Assembly: GCA_051532035.1 (NCBI GenBank)
Contig: JAOPTW010000011.1
Span: 32,001 to 96,000 of the forward strand
Reading direction: 5' to 3'
Source of the DNA: Fibrobacterales bacterium
Lineage (GTDB): Bacteria > Fibrobacterota > Fibrobacteria > Fibrobacterales > JAOPTW01
DNA: 64,000 bases
Under the pieces are notes generated by a model. The model was not told the origin of the DNA and ran no database searches. It saw only the letters and a program-made list of their open reading frames with translations. Shown here in pieces: positions 47,437 to 58,031 of this stretch; the stretch's first letter is position 1; every line of letters begins with the position of its first letter. The position numbers and the translations under genes were made by a program.

Positions 47437-47465
47437 TGTACGGTGTGAGTTCCGAAAAAGTTCCC
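47437..47465 (-). promoter_or_regulatory. Putative ECF-sigma promoter for the sigma operon (autoregulatory)
   Basis: Minus strand GGGAACT-TTTTCGGAACTCACAC-CGTACA, i.e. GGAACT-N16-CGTA. Confidence 0.6.
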
Positions 47466-47538
47466 ATATTTTTAAAATATTTGAACGTATCGATTGAAGT
47501 GTATCGAAGATACAATCAAGTACAGGAAGCAAAGTTTA

Positions 47539-47567
47539 GGGAACTTTTTAACTCATCAGCGCGTATC
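47539..47567 (+). promoter_or_regulatory. Putative ECF-sigma promoter for the divergent 47644 gene
   Basis: GGGAACT-TTTTAACTCATCAGCG-CGTATC, i.e. GGAACT-N16-CGTA, matching the minus-strand copy. Confidence 0.6.
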
Positions 47568-47643
47568 TTGCGTGTAAATGTAATAAATGACTGGCAGTTC
47601 TCCAGTTCATTTGCATTTCAATTAAACCAAACTTGGAGAAATA

Positions 47644-49950
47644 ATGATAATTTTAAAACATTTAAGGGTGAGTGCACTGCTCTCATTACTCTGTGCGCCA
47701 ATCGCATTTGCAGGCAACTATAGTGGAGAGTACAATATAATTTCACGGAAGAGCCGCAAGGTACTCTACGTGTCGGGCAATACCTTTGACAATGGAGAAA
47801 CCGTAAAACAGCACGGTATAACTGATCGTGATCGTGATATATGGACACTGGTACCCCTAGGAAATTCATCCTATAAGATCCAAAATAAAAACAGCGGTAA
47901 GGTACTCGAGGTTGAGGGAGCAGATACCGAAAGTGGTGCTGATGTTCAACAATGGGACTATTTAGGCGCTGCGCATCAACAGTGGAATATTGAGGATGTC
48001 GGTGAAGGGTTTGTTAAAATTGTGTCGGTACACAGTGGAAAAGCACTCGATGTAGCGAGTAGAAGTATCAAAGAATGGGCTAATGTGCAGCAATGGCGAT
48101 ATTTCGGAGGAGAGCATCAACAATGGGAGCTTGAATCGCTCAGCCCAGAGAACGAAACGCCGAAGGATTTAACAATAGAGGCAGTTACTTCTCATTCAAT
48201 TTCATTACATTGGTCTGGGGTATCAGGAGCTTCCGCATATTCTATTGAATATAAAAAAGAGGGATATCTAGAAGGAACACAAACTACTCCCGGAACTGAA
48301 ACATCAGCAGTTATAGATGGGCTTGAATCTCTCACCAATTACTCCTTTAAGATTGCTGCGGTATATGAAGAAGAGGTATCCCCCTATAGCGAATATATAT
48401 ATGGAGCAACTGCTGGTGATATTTCTGAGTATAATATTTATTATGGTGATCTGCATAATCATAGCTGGTATTCTGTTGGTGATGGTACCGGTTCACCCTG
48501 GGAGGCATACAGTTATGCACGGTATTCTGCAGGCCTTGATTTCTTTGCTTTGGCAGATCATTCCAGGTCTTTCGGTTCAGATGAGTGGGATGAGATGAAA
48601 AGTATCGCACTCGATGCCAATGACGAAGGGGCATTTACTGCATTTCATGGCTTTGAATGGTCTTCCGGAACCTATGGGCATGTTGCGGTAATTGGAACCG
48701 ATAATAAGTGTAGTGTAAAGGAATCTGCTACCAATACTTTTACAGAACTGACAGAGTGGTTAGAAAATACAAATGGTGTTGCATTCTTGAATCACCCGGG
48801 CAGAGAAGATGGTGATCGATCTGAGTTTAATCACTTTGGCTCGGCTCCCAGTGACAAAGTTGTGGGAATAGAGTTGTTTAATAAGAGTAAAGGTTTTGAT
48901 GTGTATTATGATAATGACGGCTATTTTACTCAAGATGGCGGATTGTCGTATTTTGATGAAGCAAATCTTATGGGCTGGAACATTGGTGCTGCTGGAGGTG
49001 GAGATCATCATAAATCACGCTGGGGTACGGAGACGGAGTACAGAATAGCTGCTCTCTCACATGAAAATAGTCGTGACGGTTTGATGGATGCCTTTAACGC
49101 GCGCCGCTTTTACTCAACTACCGATAAAGATATAAAACTCTCTTTTGAAATTAATGGGAGACAGATGGGGACAACTCAAGAAGCTGGTTTTAGCCGACTC
49201 ATGGTTAAGGCACTTGATAAAAATGGTGAGAAATTTGAAAAAGCTGAACTGTATTACAATGGTAAACTCTCAATGGTATTGTCTGAAGATGTACATGTGG
49301 TACTCTATGAACGTTATTTTACTGGAGAGCCAGGCTTCTATTATGTAAAGGTGACCCAAAAAGATGGTGGTTCTGCAATATCATCGCCAATCTACTTATC
49401 AAATGGGTCAAAAAAGGTGTCACTTAAAGTGATGAGCTCAAAAGATGATGCAGAAGAAAGCCCTGATGGTACCGTTACTATAACAAGTACTGATTTGGAA
49501 TTAGTTGATGATGCTGATAATCAGGTTATTGGAATGCGTTTCAAAAAATTACCCATGCCAAAGTCAGCAGAAATAACTAATGCGTATCTACAATTTACAA
49601 CAGATGAAAAAAATGGTCGTTATACCTTCCTCACAATAATGGGTCAGGATATTGGCTATGCATCGGGGTTTTCAGAAACTGACAATAATATATCGTCCCG
49701 TAATCGCACCGATGCAACGGTTACTTGGGTGCCTGACTCTTGGAATACCATTGGTGAAGCTTCAGAAGCTCAACGCTCACCTAATTTGACTTCAATTGTA
49801 CAAGAAATCGTGAATCGCTCAGATTGGAAGCAAGGTAATGCACTTGCATTAATTATAGAGGGAAGTGGAAAACGTGTTGCAGATAGTTTTGATGGTGAAT
49901 CTAATGATGAATCCAGTACTGCCCCCTTATTGGTGATAGAATATAAATAG
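47644..49950 (+). CDS. Secreted multidomain protein: ricin-B lectin, Fn3, PHP-like (CehA/McbA-type) metallohydrolase and a C-terminal beta domain
   Basis: QxW ricin repeats ('VQQWDY...HQQW'); Fn3 'GLESLTNYSFKIAA'; PHP motifs 'GDLHNHS', 'ADH', 'NHP', 'GDHH'. Confidence 0.82.
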   Translation: MIILKHLRVSALLSLLCAPIAFAGNYSGEYNIISRKSRKVLYVSGNTFDNGETVKQHGITDRDRDIWTLVPLGNSSYKIQNKNSGKVLEVEGADTESGADVQQWDYLGAAHQQWNIEDVGEGFVKIVSVHSGKALDVASRSIKEWANVQQWRYFGGEHQQWELESLSPENETPKDLTIEAVTSHSISLHWSGVSGASAYSIEYKKEGYLEGTQTTPGTETSAVIDGLESLTNYSFKIAAVYEEEVSPYSEYIYGATAGDISEYNIYYGDLHNHSWYSVGDGTGSPWEAYSYARYSAGLDFFALADHSRSFGSDEWDEMKSIALDANDEGAFTAFHGFEWSSGTYGHVAVIGTDNKCSVKESATNTFTELTEWLENTNGVAFLNHPGREDGDRSEFNHFGSAPSDKVVGIELFNKSKGFDVYYDNDGYFTQDGGLSYFDEANLMGWNIGAAGGGDHHKSRWGTETEYRIAALSHENSRDGLMDAFNARRFYSTTDKDIKLSFEINGRQMGTTQEAGFSRLMVKALDKNGEKFEKAELYYNGKLSMVLSEDVHVVLYERYFTGEPGFYYVKVTQKDGGSAISSPIYLSNGSKKVSLKVMSSKDDAEESPDGTVTITSTDLELVDDADNQVIGMRFKKLPMPKSAEITNAYLQFTTDEKNGRYTFLTIMGQDIGYASGFSETDNNISSRNRTDATVTWVPDSWNTIGEASEAQRSPNLTSIVQEIVNRSDWKQGNALALIIEGSGKRVADSFDGESNDESSTAPLLVIEYK

Positions 49951-49981
49951 GGTTTATAGTTTAATTGTATAGGTAACGAAT

Positions 49982-50011
49982 AAAGGAGCTCATGTAATGG
50001 GCTCCTTTTTT
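49982..50011 (+). terminator. Intrinsic terminator
   Basis: AAAGGAGCTCAT-GTA-ATGGGCTCCTTT followed by a T run. Confidence 0.7.
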
Positions 50012-50185
50012 GGGTGTACTCCGGAGTATTCTGAAGATAACTGCGTACAATCGCACCAGCTGTACTCATCATGTTCGCATAAGTAAATTGTTATATATAA
50101 ACAAAAATCATGTTTGCTTTTTCAATTTGGAGGATTAGTTTGAGGGTAATAATGCGATAAATGCTTTTGTAATAGGGGATAGAGT

Positions 50186-51754
50186 ATGAGAATATATACT
50201 AACAAAAAATTAGTCATAGGTATTGGGTATGGTCTACTCATGTCTATACTAGGGTGTTCCGAACAATTATTTGAAATTGAAGTTGTTGACGTTTCAAGTT
50301 CACATACTCAAATCATTGGAGGGATAAGTAGCTCTGCTTTGAACGATACGGCAAAAATATCACATTCGAATCCTACGGTTCGTAAATTGTCATCTGATAA
50401 TTCGGATATTAGTACACTGTCTTCTTCTGAAGCAGAAAAACTATCGAGCCAGAAAAGAACTCTTGGTAGGAGTAGTAAAGAAGATACCTCAGAAAGTCTC
50501 GTGTTATCAAGTGACCATCAATCATCAACGGTATATAGTCCTCCAATTGACTACCCCATTGCCTCTACCGTTCCTGATCAACGGGTTGAAAAGGATTGGA
50601 CTCCTGTGTTGAATAAAACATGGGAAGGGATGAAACGAAGAAATGTAGATCCTTATCCCTTTGGATTGTTGCACCGACCCAAATCCGAAACACCCAATGA
50701 CGCAGTTTCTGAGGGGCAAGGGTATGGAATGATGATGGCGCTCTATAGTAATGATCAAGAGTATTTTAATAAAATCTATGAGGCCGCCCGAGTGAAGATG
50801 TGGAATGGTACCACCTTTAATTGGCGGTTGTGGGATAACGGTACTTTAGCGGGGGAGAATGGTGCGACTGATGCAGACCAGGATATTGCCCTTATGCTCG
50901 TGTACGCTGACCATTTAGTAAAGAAAGGTGTCTGGCGGGAAACAGCTGATAAACCATATATGGATGAAGCACATGAAATTATCGGTTCGCTCCGCCATAA
51001 TTTTCTTACGGGCGATGTTCTGAAACCAGGGAATAAATTTGGGAGCGTTGATGCACTCAATCCAGGGTATTGTACCCCGGCATTTTATAGGATATTTAAA
51101 CAAGTAACGGGTGATACGCACTGGGATGCAGTTAGAAATAAGTGTTATGATATGATTGAAGCGAATCCTGGCTATAGTAAAGGGTTACTCCCGGATTGGA
51201 TGAATGCATGGGGAGGCCTTCTTCCGAAAGGCCCAGGATATAATGCATATCTTAACGGTCAGGCAATGTTTAAAGATGCAATTCGTATTTATTGGCGCGT
51301 GGCAAATGATGCTATCTGGTTTGGAGAGCCGAGGGCCAAAAAGTTCTTACAGAATGCAATTGATTTTATTAAAACAAAGGCAGACAAAAGTGACCCTAAT
51401 TATCCTGCCGATGCAGCAGATTACTTTCAACTCGATGGGTCACTGGTGCCCCAAGGGGACCGATGGGAGCATGAAGGGTTTTCGCGTTGGAGAAGAGAAC
51501 ATAGTCATTTGACTCTCGGTATGTGGGCTACGGCAGCGTATGGTGCTGGTGATATGGAAGCCGCTGAAGCTTTTAGTAGAGAACTTGCCGAATTTTATGA
51601 AGAGGGAAGTGATACCTGGGGTTTAACGGTTGATCCTTCGGGTAACGAAGAAGATCAGGCGCACAATGAACTCTATTTTGATCAGTTTCTTGCATGGTAT
51701 GGTGCCGCAATGTTGAATGGCAACTTTTGTAACATTCTTGATTGTGTGAAGTAG
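50186..51754 (+). CDS. Glycoside hydrolase family 8 lipoprotein
   Basis: Lipobox 'ILGC' and Ser-rich linker; 'VSEGQGYGM', 'GATDADQDIA', 'NPGY', 'GLLPDW', 'DAIRIYWR'. Confidence 0.9.
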   Translation: MRIYTNKKLVIGIGYGLLMSILGCSEQLFEIEVVDVSSSHTQIIGGISSSALNDTAKISHSNPTVRKLSSDNSDISTLSSSEAEKLSSQKRTLGRSSKEDTSESLVLSSDHQSSTVYSPPIDYPIASTVPDQRVEKDWTPVLNKTWEGMKRRNVDPYPFGLLHRPKSETPNDAVSEGQGYGMMMALYSNDQEYFNKIYEAARVKMWNGTTFNWRLWDNGTLAGENGATDADQDIALMLVYADHLVKKGVWRETADKPYMDEAHEIIGSLRHNFLTGDVLKPGNKFGSVDALNPGYCTPAFYRIFKQVTGDTHWDAVRNKCYDMIEANPGYSKGLLPDWMNAWGGLLPKGPGYNAYLNGQAMFKDAIRIYWRVANDAIWFGEPRAKKFLQNAIDFIKTKADKSDPNYPADAADYFQLDGSLVPQGDRWEHEGFSRWRREHSHLTLGMWATAAYGAGDMEAAEAFSRELAEFYEEGSDTWGLTVDPSGNEEDQAHNELYFDQFLAWYGAAMLNGNFCNILDCVK

Positions 51755-52428
51755 TTTTACATTGAGCACGGTACGCCCTGTTTTAGATTGATCCGGTATT
51801 TCTGTAAACTAATAGTATCAAGATGGTAAGAAATTCGATACGAAAGAAGTTACCTATGCAGATAAAACATGCTTTCAAGACCTACTCGAGTTTTACTGTG
51901 CAGAGTATCGTGGAGATACTGACCACTGTGATGAATTGAACCGATAAGGGCGAAGGTGTACAGTATTGCCGAATGTGCTTGTTTGTATGCTGTAAACGCG
52001 ATAGAACGAGTTGGCGTGCTTTTCTAACCTTTTTGATACCCTGTCTGCTTTTTGAAATTATCTATTGTGATCTCTTTATACACTTTCTCACACCGATATT
52101 CACCTTGAGGGTATACTACAAATACATCGGCTTTTTTAGAGTAGATTAGGTCAGAGTCATGTTAATAACAGGTATGTATCAATAATCCCTACTCTTACTC
52201 TTCTTTTTTCATTGAGTTACTCCTGGTTTTTGCGAAAAAGTAGACATTTTACCAGTAAATACCTGTAGTGCTTACTTAAGTTGGTGGTGAATCCAAAGTT
52301 GTAAATTGGTTGAAATAAAGGCGCTCATGGAGGAATAATTAAGTGGTGTACGGGTATTAATTGGGCATAAAGTGATACAATATATCATGTTCTAGCTAAG
52401 CTAGATAGCACCGAAATAAGGATATGTT

Positions 52429-54468
52429 ATGAAACTCATTAAAAAAATACCACTCGCGGTAAAGCTGATCGTAGTATTTATACTCGCAGGGCTGGGGCCA
52501 CTCATGTATACGGCAGACAAAGCGATAGAGCTTGCATCGAATGAGTTAGAAATGAAGGCCTTCGCTCAGTTGGAGTCAATTCAAACAATTAAGAGTAACC
52601 AGATCAAAGGCTTTTTTAGTGAAAGAATTGGTGATATAGAGGTTCTTTCTACAAACCCAAGTGTTATTGAGGCTGCTGAAGTATTTGGTCAGGCCTATTT
52701 TCAGTCGGGTTTGGATGGTGAAATGTGGAGAGATGTGGAAAAAAAGTATAGCCCGTGGCTCACGGAATATATGGATAAATATGGGTATTATGACCTGTTT
52801 GTGATTTCTGAGAAAGGTGATATAATATATACTGTTGCCAAGGAGAGTGATTTTGGTCAAAATATCCTACGGACCAATTTGGCGTCGAGCCCTATAGGGG
52901 TAGCTTTTAATAAAGCCGTAGCAGGGAAGAGTACGCTCTCTGATTTTGCGCCGTATGCCCCAAGTAACGATGAGCCGGCAGGGTTTGTTGCTGCCCCTAT
53001 TTATAAGAATGACGATTTAATTGGTGTAGTAGCATTACAAATTTCGACCGGTGCTATAAATGCTATTATGCAAGAGAGAGCTGGCCTTGGTGAGACGGGC
53101 GAAACGTATTTAGTTGGGTCTGATAAATTAATGCGCTCAGATTCGTATCTCGACCCGGTTAATCACTCTATCATCGGATCATTCAAAAATCCTCTCAAGG
53201 GTTCAGTAGACACAGAGGCGACACGAGAAGGACTTGCGGGAGTGAGTGGTAAAAAAATAATAATTGATTATAATGGCAATCCCGTGCTCTCGGTATATTC
53301 ACCGGTTAAGATTAAAGATGTTACCTGGGTGTTAATAGCTGAAATAGATGAGGCAGAAGCCTTTCATGTTATAGAGGTGATCACTAGTGAAATTATTAGT
53401 TCATCAATATGGGTTATCGTGGTTCTCACCATCATTGCTGGTTTTATGACGTTTAGCATTGCCCGTCCTATTAAAAAAATATTCAAAGGTCTCAAAACGT
53501 TGAGTGCAAGTGAGCTGGAGACAACATCTGATACCTTTCGTGGGATAATCAGTAATCTAACATCGAGTAGTAACCAAGTGAACTCCGCTTCGGGGCAACT
53601 CGCGAATGCAAGCCAGCAATTATCAGAGGGGGCAAGTCAGCAATCATCGAGCATAGAAGAGATATCGAGTAGTTTGGAAGAAGTCGCAGCGATGTCTCGA
53701 CAAAATTCTAGCAATAGTAATGAGTCTAAGAAGCTTGCAGAATCTGCAAGAGGTATCGTTAATGAGAGCATACAGTCAATGAATTCTATGACTCTTACGA
53801 TGGATAAAATACAAACGTCATCAGATCAGACGGTTAAAATTATTAAGACGATTGATGAAATAGCGTTTCAGACAAATTTATTGGCGCTCAATGCGGCAGT
53901 CGAAGCGGCGAGGGCTGGCGATGCAGGTAAGGGGTTTGCAGTGGTTGCAGAAGAGGTGCGCAACCTTGCCCAACGAAGTGCGGAGGCCGCTAAAAACACA
54001 TCTACCTTAATCGAAGAATCGAAACAGAACTCGGATGATGGGGTACGGGCTGTCTCGCAGGTGAGTGAAGCGATGAATCAAATTAATGAAGCCATCGGAA
54101 AAGTTTCGCAATTGATTAACGAAGTTGCTGCTGCGAGCGGTGAGCAAACAAAAGGAGTTGATCAAGTGAATGAGGCGATCACCCAGTTAAATCAAGTGAC
54201 TCAATCAAATGCGGCGAACTCTGAAGAGACAGCGGCTGCAAGTGAAGAGCTCAACGGCCAGGCAGCCGTACTTCAGTCTATGGTGAATGAAATGCTTATC
54301 ATATTAGAAAACAGGAAAAAGGATACCATAGTGACCAATACTGCACCACAATATAGGCCTGCAAAAAAGTCACCGTTACCACTGATATCACCAGCAAAGA
54401 GAAGTAGATCAGTTACTCCTGTAAAAGAAATCATTCCTTTTGACGACGATGAACTGAAAAACTTTTAG
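52429..54468 (+). CDS. Methyl-accepting chemotaxis protein with a dCache sensor domain
   Basis: Two TM segments, 'GYYDLFVI' Cache motif, signalling hairpin '[32 protein letters not shown]'. Confidence 0.95.
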   Translation: MKLIKKIPLAVKLIVVFILAGLGPLMYTADKAIELASNELEMKAFAQLESIQTIKSNQIKGFFSERIGDIEVLSTNPSVIEAAEVFGQAYFQSGLDGEMWRDVEKKYSPWLTEYMDKYGYYDLFVISEKGDIIYTVAKESDFGQNILRTNLASSPIGVAFNKAVAGKSTLSDFAPYAPSNDEPAGFVAAPIYKNDDLIGVVALQISTGAINAIMQERAGLGETGETYLVGSDKLMRSDSYLDPVNHSIIGSFKNPLKGSVDTEATREGLAGVSGKKIIIDYNGNPVLSVYSPVKIKDVTWVLIAEIDEAEAFHVIEVITSEIISSSIWVIVVLTIIAGFMTFSIARPIKKIFKGLKTLSASELETTSDTFRGIISNLTSSSNQVNSASGQLANASQQLSEGASQQSSSIEEISSSLEEVAAMSRQNSSNSNESKKLAESARGIVNESIQSMNSMTLTMDKIQTSSDQTVKIIKTIDEIAFQTNLLALNAAVEAARAGDAGKGFAVVAEEVRNLAQRSAEAAKNTSTLIEESKQNSDDGVRAVSQVSEAMNQINEAIGKVSQLINEVAAASGEQTKGVDQVNEAITQLNQVTQSNAANSEETAAASEELNGQAAVLQSMVNEMLIILENRKKDTIVTNTAPQYRPAKKSPLPLISPAKRSRSVTPVKEIIPFDDDELKNF

Positions 54469-54603
54469 TATTGCAATGGTGTCTCTCCAGTAGTATTGCC
54501 CACAGGCTTTGATAGCGAAATGGCTCAAATCTATTATGGAGAGTATCTGCTAAACTATTAGACGAAAAGTAATTCGGCGCGGAGTTGCATAATATAAACA
54601 CGT

Positions 54604-56154
54604 TTATCTCCAGCCCTTAACCACCTTACGCCCTTTCTCTATAGTCTCTTTAAGTGTGTTAAGAGTGTTTTTCCACTCTTTCATGGTTAGGGCTCCGGTT
54701 TCTGGAAAGGTTCCTTGATGTGCCGCACGTGCCTGTTTATGAGCTGGTTCGATTTGTGCGGCCCATTCATCGAGCTTGGTATTTACTTGTGGGTACACCT
54801 CATCCAGAAGTTTATCAAGTGCTTCGCTGGCCTCAGGGAAACAGAGCCAATGTTGTGCAATTTTATTGGTGCGATGCTGTGAGTTACAGGCTAATGCTGC
54901 GCGGGCTTCTTTCTCTACTTCAACTAAGCCACCCCAAAAGGGAGCCATTCTCGGAATAAAATCTGCATTATCCATATCCCAAGGTATCGTATAGAGCTTA
55001 CCAGTTAACGTATCTGCATACCAATAGGAGTTATGCCCATCATCACGCACAAAGGGACTGTCCCAATGCATGATAGCCATAGAGGTTAATACTGAGCTCA
55101 CTAGGGAGGGGACATCCATATTTTTTCGTATTACTGCTTTAATACGAGCAGGTTCATTCGCCTCCAATACATCACGTTCAAGGGATTGCCAGATTTCATG
55201 GGTTGGATCTTCATCCTCATTAGTCTTCAATACATAATTTAGGGATGGGCTCGGTGTTACCATATCATACTTGAGCGGTATTATCTCTTTATACACATTT
55301 CCTTCTCCGTCTTTAAAACGATCCCGAGTAAATCTTCCATCGATATACTCTACGTGCGTAAATAATCCGATAAGTTTCCCGTTTATTTTAATCTTTGCAT
55401 GTACAGCACGGGGGGCTATGCTTCCCATCTGTCGATGCATCCAATATGATAATCGTTCTTTCATTTGATCACGATAAAAATGCATGTGATGGAAAATCAA
55501 TTTTTTCATACCAAAGAACAATCTATCCGAGTGTTTCTCACTATTAATCTTTAGTTTCAGAGCAAGCTTTATGCACGTTTTTTCTCCTTCAGGGCTCCCC
55601 ATTTCTCCAGAAGTACAATCGGCCCACGCTCCAAAACTTCCTTTATAACGCACTTGAATATCACGAATGGTATCTCCTTTAAATACTAAGTGTGCATACT
55701 CATAGTTCTCCATCTTTGGAGCCGCATCAAGCCGTGCCAATGCTTTAGTATCAATAATAATTTCATATGTTTTTACGGCATCCGTTTCATCAAAAATATA
55801 TTCAAGATCGTGTCTGAGATTTTCACGTTTACTTAATGCAGCTGTTGAAGACATAGGTACTTCACTTGATGAAAGTATTTTTTCAGAGCTTCTATGAACA
55901 TTGTCTGCACTGCTCGACAATACTGCAGGAGCATCACTACTCAGACTATCGATACTATTCGAACTTTCATGTACGCCACTGTGAGTACTTGTTTTAGGTT
56001 CACTACTTGTTCTCCTAACTTCTGCAGTGGAACTTTCAAAGCTCATTGCTTCACTACTAGCAGTATCAGATTGTGCCGTCGATAGATTATCTGAACCACA
56101 AGCCGTTAATCCTAATAGTACCATTAGCATTGCCCATTGTAATATATATATCAT
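54604..56154 (-). CDS. CotH kinase family lipoprotein
   Basis: Lipobox 'LTAC' and Ser-rich linker; 'VRYKG', 'ERLSY', 'APRA.HA..ING..GL', 'HWD', 'HN.Y', 'IPWDMD'. Confidence 0.85.
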   Translation of the reverse strand: MIYILQWAMLMVLLGLTACGSDNLSTAQSDTASSEAMSFESSTAEVRRTSSEPKTSTHSGVHESSNSIDSLSSDAPAVLSSSADNVHRSSEKILSSSEVPMSSTAALSKRENLRHDLEYIFDETDAVKTYEIIIDTKALARLDAAPKMENYEYAHLVFKGDTIRDIQVRYKGSFGAWADCTSGEMGSPEGEKTCIKLALKLKINSEKHSDRLFFGMKKLIFHHMHFYRDQMKERLSYWMHRQMGSIAPRAVHAKIKINGKLIGLFTHVEYIDGRFTRDRFKDGEGNVYKEIIPLKYDMVTPSPSLNYVLKTNEDEDPTHEIWQSLERDVLEANEPARIKAVIRKNMDVPSLVSSVLTSMAIMHWDSPFVRDDGHNSYWYADTLTGKLYTIPWDMDNADFIPRMAPFWGGLVEVEKEARAALACNSQHRTNKIAQHWLCFPEASEALDKLLDEVYPQVNTKLDEWAAQIEPAHKQARAAHQGTFPETGALTMKEWKNTLNTLKETIEKGRKVVKGWR

Positions 56155-56433
56155 ATTTCTTGATACCCCTTAGAAGCTTTTGAACCACTGTAATATAACA
56201 TTAATAAAATCCAAAAACTGAGGACCTCTGAGTCTAAACACTATTTTACTGTTGCGAACATGTTGGATACAATATTGAGTGTATTTGTACCAATAAATAG
56301 ACACGACGCGCTGTAAGACCCTAAAAATAAGGCTTTATTTAACATTAGTTTACGGGGGCGTTTAGTGATTGTAATATATATTTCTGACTCCTTAGGGAAT
56401 TATGTTTAACACAACACAAAAAAAAGGAACACT

Positions 56434-57861
56434 ATGAAACTACTCAGTTCAATTATTGGATTGATTTATTTTGCGATACTCTTTATAGGGTGTGATGCAA
56501 AAACCAATCCTCAACAGACAGAAATTACACCAGAAAAAACAACACAGCATTCCATCGTTGATGATGGGAACCCCGACACCCATCTTTTTAAAATTGCACA
56601 ACAGGATCAACAACTGGTAATTGTGTGTAATCATAAACATCACAGAGTCACAGACGATACCTCTTCAGAAAGTATTGCAGCAAAACATGGTTCTACTGTA
56701 GCACAATTCAAATACACTTATCTTATAGATGACCAACAAATTAAATGGGTCACCGTACGGGTTGATGAATCAGTGCCGACATCGGGAGTAGACAATTGGC
56801 GCACTCAAATTAAAAAGTCTCTAAAAAAATGGAATGCCGTTTCTGGAACACGGGTGTTTTTAAAATACACAACAGCAGCAGAGGCTGATATAACGATACA
56901 GAGTGATGTGGATGGGGAGCTTCCTGATTATGCCCTCGGAAGTGCGTATTATCCACTCAGTAATAACACGCTCCATGGAACCCTTCGACTTAATTTAGAT
57001 GCAATGGGGAACAGGCCCTTCTCAAGTGCCTTAAAAACACAAATCGTTTCACATGAACTCGGTCACGCGTTAGGGCTCGGTCATACAAACTCTTCAGAGG
57101 GACCATATACTACTCATATTGCTGGAACTAAAATTAATGATGGCAAATCATTAATGAATACAACTACCTACCTACACATTGATGGTAATGGTGAATTAAA
57201 TACTCATATTCTAGGTTTCACCCTTGGTGATATTGATGCAATTCGTTTGCTCTATCCGGATTATAGCGCATCTCTAGCATGGGATAACACAAACGTGCTA
57301 ATGTTTAAAGGTAATTCCTATGTAATGTATGATATCAGTACTAATACAATCGTAGGCACTGAGAAAAGTATTGAGAGCGACTGGCCGGGGCTTACTGATC
57401 ACTTTGCTACTATTGATGCCGCTGTTCATTCACCATGGAACAAGAATAGGGTCTTTTTCTTTAGAGGGAACAAATGTATTGAATACCAAAAATCACCGCG
57501 TCAAATCATAAGTGGTCCTAAAAAAACAGGCACTGTTTGGCCCGGCTTAGGTGATATTGTTGTTCAAGCGGCAATTGCATCCCCATGGAATGCTAAACAA
57601 CTCCTTTTCTTTTCGGGTAAAAACTACTATAAATATGTGCATACTAAAAAGGCCCTGAGTAAAAAGAGCCCTCAAAAAATCAAAGGAAAATGGGGCGACC
57701 TCAAATTCTCTACTATAGATAATGCATTCATTTCTGCTTCCGAAAACAACTCAATTTATTTCTTTAAAAACAGATCTTACAGCATGTTTGATACAGATCT
57801 TAGACAGCAAGAAGTAGGATTCCCTGCAATTGCCGAAGAGAACTTAAGTGGATTGTATTAA
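56434..57861 (+). CDS. Metzincin metalloprotease lipoprotein with C-terminal hemopexin-like repeats
   Basis: HExxHxxGxxH 'HELGHALGLGH', Met-turn 'SLM', 'D..AIR.LY'; hemopexin repeats 'WPGL...IDAA......FFFRG'. Confidence 0.88.
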   Translation: MKLLSSIIGLIYFAILFIGCDAKTNPQQTEITPEKTTQHSIVDDGNPDTHLFKIAQQDQQLVIVCNHKHHRVTDDTSSESIAAKHGSTVAQFKYTYLIDDQQIKWVTVRVDESVPTSGVDNWRTQIKKSLKKWNAVSGTRVFLKYTTAAEADITIQSDVDGELPDYALGSAYYPLSNNTLHGTLRLNLDAMGNRPFSSALKTQIVSHELGHALGLGHTNSSEGPYTTHIAGTKINDGKSLMNTTTYLHIDGNGELNTHILGFTLGDIDAIRLLYPDYSASLAWDNTNVLMFKGNSYVMYDISTNTIVGTEKSIESDWPGLTDHFATIDAAVHSPWNKNRVFFFRGNKCIEYQKSPRQIISGPKKTGTVWPGLGDIVVQAAIASPWNAKQLLFFSGKNYYKYVHTKKALSKKSPQKIKGKWGDLKFSTIDNAFISASENNSIYFFKNRSYSMFDTDLRQQEVGFPAIAEENLSGLY

Positions 57862-57890
57862 TATCGTCTGAGTATCAATTTTTTAATTAC

Positions 57891-57915
57891 ACCGGGGTAT
57901 TAATCCCCGGTTTTT
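57891..57915 (+). terminator. Intrinsic terminator
   Basis: ACCGGGG-TATTAAT-CCCCGGT followed by TTTT. Confidence 0.75.
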
Positions 57916-58031
57916 ATTATAGGTTGAATAGATCAATAGTAAAACAACTCATTCTATTAAAAAACATCAAATTCAGAATATAAGTGAAGTTGTTCTCGTG
58001 AAAAGATCATACAATATAAACAGTTTATTAA

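Noticed and set aside
51800..52400. Possible small gene or ncRNA in the long GH8-MCP intergenic region
   Set aside because: Only short ORFs without recognisable motifs, and no convincing structured RNA or riboswitch seen by eye
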